From the NCBI GenBank assembly GCA_023245515.1, contig JAHFKE010000002.1:1-31211 (forward strand): 31,211 nt of DNA. Direction: 5' to 3'. A program made the position numbers and the translations under genes. The notes beneath the pieces are model-generated. The model was not told the origin of the DNA and searched no databases. It saw nothing but the letters and a program-made list of their open reading frames with translations. Source of the DNA: Candidatus Levyibacteriota bacterium (GTDB taxonomy: Bacteria > Patescibacteriota > Microgenomatia > Levybacterales > UBA12049). Positions 15,685 to 23,047 of the stretch are shown piece after piece (positions within the stretch are counted from its first letter, which is position 1; each line of letters begins with the position of its first letter).

Positions 15685-16515
15685 TTAGTTCTTCAACTGT
15701 GCGTCGATGAGACTTTTGAATACCTCAAAGGGTTGGGCTCCGACCAATCTATGGCCATTGATGAAAAATGTCGGCGTACCTTCTACCCGCACGATGCTTC
15801 CTGCAGTCGCATCAGTTTGTACTGTTTGTGCATATTTCCCGCTTGCAAGACATGAACTGAATTGGGTCGTATCTAGGCCCAGCTCCCCGGCAAAGTCGGT
15901 AAATGCTGCTGCAACGTCTGCTCCTGTCTTTGGTGACCATGACTCCTGATCTCTGAAAAGGATATTGCTGTAATCCCAAAATTTACCCTGTTCATTGGCA
16001 CACTCAGATGCTTCTCCGGCTTTTTGAGCATTAGGATGGATACTGGAGAGAGGGAAGTGGCGATAGTAGAGATTAGCCTTGCCGGTCTTTATATATTCAT
16101 CATAAAGCTGTTGCTGCGTTTCGTCGACATATCTTTTGCAGAATGGGCATTGGAAATCGCTGAATTCGACAATGGTAACTTTGGCATTTTTATCCCCCAA
16201 AACAGGAAGCTTACCAACTTCAACGGTGACCACATCTGGAGGGGGAGGAACGCTCGGTGCTGCAAGTTGTTGATTTGCTACAGGGACTGTGGGAGCGGCT
16301 TGCATTTTTGCAGCTTTTTCCAGATAGAGCACCTTATTGGTCATCATGCCCAGAAGAAATGCGAAGATAACGAGGCTAAAGACAAGAAAGACGTTGGCTG
16401 AAATACCTCGAAACGTAAAGCGAGGAAAGCGAATTTTTAGCACTTTGGATACAACTGAAGCCTTGGTAGCTTTTGATCTTGATGGAGTTTTTTTAGCAGA
16501 GGATACTTTTTTCAT
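15685..16515 (-). CDS. Membrane-anchored DsbA-family thiol-disulfide oxidoreductase
   Basis: N-terminal TM, EFSDFQCPFC, RHFPL, ASECANEQGKFW, cis-Pro GTPTFFING. Confidence 0.92.
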   Translation of the reverse strand: MKKVSSAKKTPSRSKATKASVVSKVLKIRFPRFTFRGISANVFLVFSLVIFAFLLGMMTNKVLYLEKAAKMQAAPTVPVANQQLAAPSVPPPPDVVTVEVGKLPVLGDKNAKVTIVEFSDFQCPFCKRYVDETQQQLYDEYIKTGKANLYYRHFPLSSIHPNAQKAGEASECANEQGKFWDYSNILFRDQESWSPKTGADVAAAFTDFAGELGLDTTQFSSCLASGKYAQTVQTDATAGSIVRVEGTPTFFINGHRLVGAQPFEVFKSLIDAQLKN

Positions 16516-16523
16516 CTGGTCTT

Positions 16524-16552
16524 ATTCTATTGGGTGTGAGATGCCCTGTCAA
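16524..16552 (-). promoter_or_regulatory. Consensus sigma70 promoter for dsbA (probably leaderless)
   Basis: Minus strand TTGACA(16552-47)-17 nt-TAGAAT(16529-24), 8 nt before the ATG. Confidence 0.7.
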
Positions 16553-16569
16553 CAGCAAAAACGCTTTCT

Positions 16570-17325
16570 TTAATCCTTGAGGATAAATTTTTCTATAACA
16601 GTTGCTACACCATCCTCCTCAACGGTGGGAGCGACATAATCAGCAATTTCTTTTAGTCCGTCGATAGCGTTTCCCATAGCCACCTTGAATCCACATGCCA
16701 TAAGCAGGGGAAAGTCATTAGGGCCGTCCCCAATACCGATAATCTCATGGGTATCAATTTTCAGTATTTTTGCCATTTCAAGTATCCCATGCTGTTTGGT
16801 GCCGTAGATGTGATTAATCGTAACGTTTATGTGGCCTGATCCCCAACCGATTACCTTATGTGCTGAAACTGTGGGAATTCTTGTCAACTCTTCTATGATT
16901 TCTTCAGCTTGGGCGTGGGATAGATTCCAGACAAAAGCGGTGAGCGGATTATTAAGAGGGAAATCAGTGCCATAGAGATATGTCTCTCTAATCCCGTCGA
17001 CAGTAACTTTTTTAATATACGTTTTTTGGTTGAGGATGGCGGTGATTTTTTCAAAATCTCCCTGCTCGAAAGGCCTTTCGTAAAGCGGCTTTCGCGATTT
17101 CCCGTCAATAACGAGCGATCCGTTGACGAGAACGACGGGATCGGTGATATTGAGAGCATCTAGAATGTGTAGTGCCTCTGTGTATGGCCTACCGGTTGCG
17201 ACACAGACAGCAACGTATTTTTGTGCTTTTGCAATAGCGTCTATGACCTTCTGTGAAGGCATCCCATCAATCCTATTTGGTATGGTGGTGCCGTCCAGAT
17301 CAAGCATCAAGGCTTTGTATTGCAT
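16570..17325 (-). CDS. Cof-type HAD-IIB phosphatase
   Basis: LDLDGT, ATGR, K motif (YGTKQHG), GIGDGPND, MGNA. Confidence 0.92.
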   Translation of the reverse strand: MQYKALMLDLDGTTIPNRIDGMPSQKVIDAIAKAQKYVAVCVATGRPYTEALHILDALNITDPVVLVNGSLVIDGKSRKPLYERPFEQGDFEKITAILNQKTYIKKVTVDGIRETYLYGTDFPLNNPLTAFVWNLSHAQAEEIIEELTRIPTVSAHKVIGWGSGHINVTINHIYGTKQHGILEMAKILKIDTHEIIGIGDGPNDFPLLMACGFKVAMGNAIDGLKEIADYVAPTVEEDGVATVIEKFILKD

Positions 17326-17391
17326 GCAGAAGTAATTATAGCAGAGGAGAGCGCCTTATCTATGCAGAATTTTTATTGCTATAATAGGGAT

Positions 17392-19593
17392 ATGACTACG
17401 TATACATGTCCCATGCACCCAGAGATTAAGGCGAAGAAGGTTGGCGCCTGTCCCAAGTGTGGAATGAAGCTCGTCCCGATGGCAATGAAGCATGCAGGGA
17501 TGGGGCACGATGACCCCATGCATTCGATGAAACCTCTTTCTGAAATGTCTTTTTGGGAGAAGTTCACGATGGGGATGTCCATGACCATGGGGATGGATCA
17601 CACCGGAAAAACGGGGCGAGAGATGGCTCAACTTATGGAAGAGGATATTCGGAACAAGTTTTTCTTTTCTCTGCTTTTAACTATTCCTATTCTCACGTAC
17701 TCGATGGGAGAGATGCTTTTGGGCTGGAATCTGCCCTCTCCAATTCCTAAGCCATGGCTCCTTTTCCTTCTGACGACGCCTGTCTTTTTCATCGGAGGTT
17801 GGCTATTTCTTTACTCATCATATTACGAGCTAAAGACAAGAAGATTGGGCATGTCTGTGCTTATTGCTGTTGGTATTACTGCAGCGTATTTTTTTAGTTT
17901 CCTCCTCACACTTTTGGGAAGCCATGAGTCATTTTACGAAGCTGCCGCCATGCTTATTACCTTTGTGCTTTTCGGACATTGGATGGAGATGAAGTCCAGG
18001 CGCGGGACAACTGATGCGCTACAGGCTTTGTTTAATCTGGTCCCTCCTCAAGCCCGCTTGTTACGGCAGGGTAAAGAGATGGTTGTTTCGACGTCTGAGG
18101 TGCGCGTTGGGGATATGCTGGTCCTAAAGCCAGGAGATAAGGTGCCGGTTGATGGAGAAATAACAGAGGGCGAGACCGCGATCGATGAGTCGCTTGTGAC
18201 GGGCGAGTCGCTACCTGTTGCAAAGAAAGCAGGCGATATGGTGATCGGAGGTTCGATTAATCAATCAGGCTCGGTGCGGTTTAGGGCAACAAAAGTGGGG
18301 GAAGATACTGCGCTTGCCCAAATCGCCAAGCTGGTTGAGACGGCTCAAAACTCAAAAGCCCCCGGACAGAAAATCGCGGATAGGTTTGCTAAATATCTTG
18401 TTATTGTGGCTGTAGGAAGCGGATTGTTGACGTTTGTCGTATGGTACTTAACAGGTGCGACGCTGCTTTTTGCTCTGACATTTGCGATCTCGGCTGTTGT
18501 TATTGCCTGTCCTGACGCTTTGGGTTTGGCAACGCCTACGGCAGTTGCTGTCGGCACGGGACTTGGTGCCAAGCACAATATTCTTATCAAGGATGCGCCG
18601 ACGCTTGAGCAAGTCTCAAAAATTCAGGCAGTTGTCTTTGATAAAACAGGCACGCTTACGGAAGGTAAGCCAAAAGTGACAGGAGTCGCTACGGTGAGTG
18701 GCTTTTCCGAATCAGAAGTTCTGCAACTTATAGGTGCTGCAGAGGCAAAATCTTCCCATCCACTCAGTAACGCCATATTAGAAGCAGTAAAAAAAGAAAA
18801 ACTTGCTTTGAATAAAGCCGAAGAGTTCAAAAATTTATCAGGGCTGGGTGTCAAAGCGATAGTAAGTGGCAAACATGTTTTAGTTGGAACGGTGAGACTA
18901 ATGAAAGAGAGTGGTATAGATAGTTCGCCTTTGGAGAAAGACATACAGAAGTTTTTGGAGCGGGGAGAGACGATTATGATTCTTGCAGTGAATAAGAAGG
19001 TTGTTGGTGTTGTTGGGGCGGCAGATCCGATTAAGGTGAATGCTAAAAAAGCCATACACAGACTCAATGAGCTTGGTATTGAGACAGCTATGATCACCGG
19101 AGACAATAATGCAACTGCCGAGGCCGTAGCGAAGAGACTTGGCATCAAAAGGGTTTTCTCTGAAGTTTTACCTGAGGATAAAGCAAATTATGTTAAGAAG
19201 CTTCAGAAGGAAGGACAATTTGTTGCCATGGTAGGGGACGGCGTGAACGACGCTCCTGCACTTGCTCAGGCAGATATTGGCATCGCCATCGGGGCAGGGA
19301 CTGATGTTGCTATTGAGACTGCGAAAGTAGTTCTTATGAAATCTGATCCCGCGGATGTTCTGCGGGCAATCAGGTTGAGCAAAGCGACAGTTCTTAAAAT
19401 GAAGCAAAATCTTTTTTGGGCATCAATCTATAATGTACTGGCAATTCCTGTTGCAGCGGGAGTTCTATACCCGGCTTTTCATATCGCTTTGCGGCCTGAG
19501 ATCTCGGCTCTTCTGATGAGCATATCGTCGATTATTGTTGCCACAAATGCAGTGCTTCTGAAAAGGACCGAGAAAGATCTGATTACCGTTTAG
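17392..19593 (+). CDS. copA: Heavy-metal (copper) translocating P1B-type ATPase
   Basis: YTCPMHPEI..CPKCGM metal-binding domain, TGES, CPDALGLATP, DKTGTLT, HP, GDGVNDAP, YN, MSISS. ATG 17392 lies 6 nt after TATAAT. Confidence 0.92.
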   Translation: MTTYTCPMHPEIKAKKVGACPKCGMKLVPMAMKHAGMGHDDPMHSMKPLSEMSFWEKFTMGMSMTMGMDHTGKTGREMAQLMEEDIRNKFFFSLLLTIPILTYSMGEMLLGWNLPSPIPKPWLLFLLTTPVFFIGGWLFLYSSYYELKTRRLGMSVLIAVGITAAYFFSFLLTLLGSHESFYEAAAMLITFVLFGHWMEMKSRRGTTDALQALFNLVPPQARLLRQGKEMVVSTSEVRVGDMLVLKPGDKVPVDGEITEGETAIDESLVTGESLPVAKKAGDMVIGGSINQSGSVRFRATKVGEDTALAQIAKLVETAQNSKAPGQKIADRFAKYLVIVAVGSGLLTFVVWYLTGATLLFALTFAISAVVIACPDALGLATPTAVAVGTGLGAKHNILIKDAPTLEQVSKIQAVVFDKTGTLTEGKPKVTGVATVSGFSESEVLQLIGAAEAKSSHPLSNAILEAVKKEKLALNKAEEFKNLSGLGVKAIVSGKHVLVGTVRLMKESGIDSSPLEKDIQKFLERGETIMILAVNKKVVGVVGAADPIKVNAKKAIHRLNELGIETAMITGDNNATAEAVAKRLGIKRVFSEVLPEDKANYVKKLQKEGQFVAMVGDGVNDAPALAQADIGIAIGAGTDVAIETAKVVLMKSDPADVLRAIRLSKATVLKMKQNLFWASIYNVLAIPVAAGVLYPAFHIALRPEISALLMSISSIIVATNAVLLKRTEKDLITV

Positions 19594-19607
19594 TATAATA
19601 ATTGGGC

Positions 19608-20633
19608 ATGTTTGGCGATATAAACTTATTTACCGTTTTTACCACAGGACTTCTTGTCGGAGGCCTTTCCTGTCTTGCGGTACAGGGAGGACTTTTGACG
19701 GCAATGCTCGCAAGTTTGGAAGAAGAAAAACTGAAGGCCCATCCTAAAACGAACAATACGCTCCCCGTTTTGGTTTTTCTGATTGCAAAACTAACTGCTT
19801 ATACCTTGCTTGGGTTTCTCTTGGGCTGGCTTGGGTCTTTAGTGCATTTGTCGCTTCAGGCGAGTGTGGTTTTGCAGTTAGCGGTTGTCGTTTTTATGCT
19901 GGGTACGGCTTTGAATTTGCTCAATGTGCATCCTCTTTTCCGCTATTTTATTATCCAGCCGCCGCGGTTTTTAACTCGGTTGGTCAGGAAACAATCTAAA
20001 CAGACACATGTATTTGCCCCTGCTCTCCTTGGGGCGCTTACCGTCTTTATTCCCTGTGGAACGACGCAGGCGATGATGGCGCTTGCCGTTGCTTCTGGCA
20101 ATCCTCTGATGGGAGCCTTGATCATGCTCGTTTTCATTCTGGGCACTTCACCGCTCTTTTTTGTCCTGGGCTTTTTGACGATGAAGCTCGGAGACGTACT
20201 GCACCAGCATTTTATGCGGGTGGCTGCTTTTGTGATCATCCTTCTGGCACTTTTCAATCTCGAGGGCGCGATCACGCTGACCGGTAGCCAATATACATTC
20301 AGAAATGCTCTTAAGGCAGGCTACTGTCTCATTGGCTACTGCGATCCGATTACGGTAGTGACGCCTGTCACTGAGCAGAACATCACTATCACGGCAAATG
20401 GCTATTCTCCAAATTATTTCGCCGTGAAAGTAGGCTCAACAGTCACGCTGCATCTAACAAATCAAGGGGCATTCAACTGCGCGCAGGCCTTTACTATCCC
20501 GGCGCTTAATATCCAGAAGATAGTCCAGTCGGGCAAGGTAGGGGATGTCGTCTTTACCGCCCCTATGAGGCCTGGAAGAATCACGTTTACCTGCAGTATG
20601 GGGATGTATCCCGGGACGATAGAGGTGTTGTGA
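19608..20633 (+). CDS. TauE/SafE-DsbD_2-like membrane protein with C-terminal cupredoxin-like domain
   Basis: GGLSCLAVQGG, KLTAYTLLGFLLG, FIPCGTTQAMM, FILGTSP; C-terminal NCAQAFTIP...FTCSMGMYPG. Confidence 0.85.
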   Translation: MFGDINLFTVFTTGLLVGGLSCLAVQGGLLTAMLASLEEEKLKAHPKTNNTLPVLVFLIAKLTAYTLLGFLLGWLGSLVHLSLQASVVLQLAVVVFMLGTALNLLNVHPLFRYFIIQPPRFLTRLVRKQSKQTHVFAPALLGALTVFIPCGTTQAMMALAVASGNPLMGALIMLVFILGTSPLFFVLGFLTMKLGDVLHQHFMRVAAFVIILLALFNLEGAITLTGSQYTFRNALKAGYCLIGYCDPITVVTPVTEQNITITANGYSPNYFAVKVGSTVTLHLTNQGAFNCAQAFTIPALNIQKIVQSGKVGDVVFTAPMRPGRITFTCSMGMYPGTIEVL

Positions 20634-20634
20634 A

Positions 20635-20669
20635 GTTGAGAGGGGAGAGTTGAGGATTGAGAAATATGA
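20635..20669 (+). repeat. GTTGAGA-family heptamer array (5 degenerate units)
   Basis: gttgaga ggggaga gttgagg attgaga aatatga; fills the intergenic gap and overlaps the next ATG. Confidence 0.75.
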
Positions 20670-20884
20670 AAAAGGTAACGTTTAAGATTATAGATATGCA
20701 CTGTGTCAGTTGCTCATTGACGATTGATGGAGATTTGGAGGATGCGGATGGGGTCAAGAGGGCGCATACAAATTACGCAAAAGCTTTGACTGAGGTAGAA
20801 TTTGATCCCGCAAAAACTTCTGAGAAAGCTATCATGGCAATTATTAAGAAAGCAGGCTATACGGTAGAAGAGTTTAAAAATTAG
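20666..20884 (+). CDS. Heavy-metal-associated (CopZ-like) chaperone
   Basis: DMHCVSC motif in a 72-aa HMA fold ending in AGY. Confidence 0.9.
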   Translation: MKKVTFKIIDMHCVSCSLTIDGDLEDADGVKRAHTNYAKALTEVEFDPAKTSEKAIMAIIKKAGYTVEEFKN

Positions 20885-20931
20885 CAATGAGGTTATCGTT
20901 TGGTATATAATTACCCAATACTAATCCAATT

Positions 20932-22503
20932 ATGTTAAGTTTTCGCCCTTTGGGGCCTATTGCAAAAGCTTTGATCGAAACACTTGAAGAGAAGGAAGTC
21001 TCTTCCCACGAAGAGCATAGGATTACCGTAAACCCCATCGTCTCAAAGTTCGCTTCATGGTATGAGCGCCTCAGAAATGCTATGGAATTTCGCGAGGATG
21101 AAGTGATCTTGCGGGCGACCATTGAGCGGGTGCTTAAGCGCAGACTCCTTTTGGGAGGTAATGGGGCGACTACAGCCGAGCCACTTATCAAGGAGCTTTT
21201 GTGGGCGAGGTATCTTCCTGATCATGATATAGGAGAATCGGTGGTAGAGAAGGTAAGGGATTCAATCGACCTGTATCTTTCTCTCAGATTGCGGGTGCTC
21301 TCCCATCATCACGTTTCCGAAAGCACGATCAACGAGTGGATTTATGATCTCATGTCGGCTGATATTCAATATATTCTTAATTTCAAAAAAGACAAAGAGT
21401 TGATGACTAATTTTATGTTCCACGTTCTTAAGGATGATGTTGTGGTGCAGGATGAAGCAGAGGAGACAAAGGATGCTCAAGTCTTTATGGCTGTTCGCAA
21501 GGCTTTTGCACGAGACGACCTTGCTTTTCTTCGTTATCACTTATTTTCTCAGTATTTCGGCAAGCTGACCCCAAAGACATTAGATTACACGGTTACCCAC
21601 TTTATTAAGGGGTATCACGAGATACAAAAGCAGATCAATCATCCGCTTAAAGATAAAATCTATACCTATGCTAAGAGGAGAACTGCGGCATTTTTTATTC
21701 TTGATGATGTGCTTTCGTCCCAAAAAGATAATCTGAAGACGATTCTTGAGAGCGAGGAGGCTTTAGAGGAGGTCGTTTTTGAGGCCTGTGAGAAGCGTTA
21801 TAAGAGCATCGGAGCCCGTGTCAGAAGGGCTATTATTCGATCAGTTCTTTTCATTGCGTTGACCAAGGTCGCCTTCGCTTTTGCCGTTGAAGGATCATAC
21901 GAGCGCTTTATTTATGGCCATGTGATCTGGTCATCAATTGTTCTCAATACCAGTATGCCGCCGGTCATCATGATCATTGTTAGCTTGTTCATTAGGACTC
22001 CAGGGATTGATAACTCAAGGCGTATCTTGCAATACATCACAGAACTTTTATATGAGAAAGATCCACGCCTAGGCAATCAACTCATTATTGGCAAGAAGAA
22101 GGATGATAATCAGTTCATGACGGCATTTAATATCTTGTGGCTTGGTGCATTCCTCATATCCTTTGGAGGGATTACCCTTATTCTTAGCAAGCTTCATTTT
22201 AATCTCATAAGTCAGTTCATCTTCATCTTTTTTCTCGCAATTGTTTCTTTCCTATCATACCGCATAAGCCTTATTGCCAATACGTTCAAAGTGGGGGAGA
22301 GGCAGGGTCTTTTAACGCTTATCGTGGACTTTCTTTTCATGCCCGTTATTATCGTCGGCCGTAAGCTGACCCAAAGCATTGCCCAGATCAATATTTTTCT
22401 TATGCTCTTTGATTTCTTCATCGAGGCTCCTTTCAAATATCTTTTTGCATTTTTGGATCAGTGGTTTTACTTCCTCCACAATAAGACGGAAGAGTTGGAA
22501 TAA
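20932..22503 (+). CDS. Hypothetical membrane protein (523 aa; helical N-terminal region, about 4-5 C-terminal TM segments)
   Basis: Long ORF; hydrophobic segments from RSVLFIALTK onward; function not recognised. Confidence 0.8.
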   Translation: MLSFRPLGPIAKALIETLEEKEVSSHEEHRITVNPIVSKFASWYERLRNAMEFREDEVILRATIERVLKRRLLLGGNGATTAEPLIKELLWARYLPDHDIGESVVEKVRDSIDLYLSLRLRVLSHHHVSESTINEWIYDLMSADIQYILNFKKDKELMTNFMFHVLKDDVVVQDEAEETKDAQVFMAVRKAFARDDLAFLRYHLFSQYFGKLTPKTLDYTVTHFIKGYHEIQKQINHPLKDKIYTYAKRRTAAFFILDDVLSSQKDNLKTILESEEALEEVVFEACEKRYKSIGARVRRAIIRSVLFIALTKVAFAFAVEGSYERFIYGHVIWSSIVLNTSMPPVIMIIVSLFIRTPGIDNSRRILQYITELLYEKDPRLGNQLIIGKKKDDNQFMTAFNILWLGAFLISFGGITLILSKLHFNLISQFIFIFFLAIVSFLSYRISLIANTFKVGERQGLLTLIVDFLFMPVIIVGRKLTQSIAQINIFLMLFDFFIEAPFKYLFAFLDQWFYFLHNKTEELE

Positions 22504-22535
22504 GCAGGTTTTGTCGATAGTAAAGTTCCTCTTGA

Positions 22536-22563
22536 CCCTCCTTCGCCAAGGCTACGGAAGGGC
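22536..22563. repeat. REP-like palindrome (CCTTCGCCAAGGCTACGG type)
   Basis: ccttcg-ccaaggcta-cggaagg imperfect hairpin in the intergenic space; possible degenerate copy tccg..ggctacgga near 15588-15611. Confidence 0.65.
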
Positions 22564-22587
22564 AGGCGTTTTGTTTCAATCTTCTTA

Positions 22588-22616
22588 TTGACATGCCTTA
22601 GACCGCTTGATAAGAT
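22588..22616 (+). promoter_or_regulatory. Sigma70 promoter for trxA
   Basis: TTGACA(22588)-17 nt-TAAGAT(22611), 11 nt before the ATG. Confidence 0.7.
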
Positions 22617-22627
22617 GAGTAAACATT

Positions 22628-22954
22628 ATGGCAGAAGCAGTTTTCACAGATCAAAATTTCCCACAAGATGTCCTCAAGAGCGGTGTTCCTGTCGTTGTTG
22701 ATTTTTGGGCTCCATGGTGCGGTCCTTGCAGAATGGTATCGCCCACAATTGAGGAGCTTGCGAAAGAGTATGCTGGTAAAGTAGTCGTTGGAAAGATGAA
22801 CGTTGATGAGAATACAAATACCGCAGGTCAATTTGGCGTCATGAGTATCCCGACCGTTATGATCTTCAAAAATGGCAAGCCGGTCAAGTCCGTCATCGGA
22901 GCGCAGGGGAAAGAAGCATACAAGAAGATGATTGATGAAGCATTAGCCGCATAA
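22628..22954 (+). CDS. trxA: Thioredoxin
   Basis: [15 protein letters not shown], 108 aa. Confidence 0.97.
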   Translation: MAEAVFTDQNFPQDVLKSGVPVVVDFWAPWCGPCRMVSPTIEELAKEYAGKVVVGKMNVDENTNTAGQFGVMSIPTVMIFKNGKPVKSVIGAQGKEAYKKMIDEALAA

Positions 22955-23047
22955 TCTATCCACCAGGTACGTATCTTCAGCCAACCCATATGGCATCTTA
23001 ATAAAGCTTAAATAATATATACTGAATATGGGTTCTTCTCACAAAGT

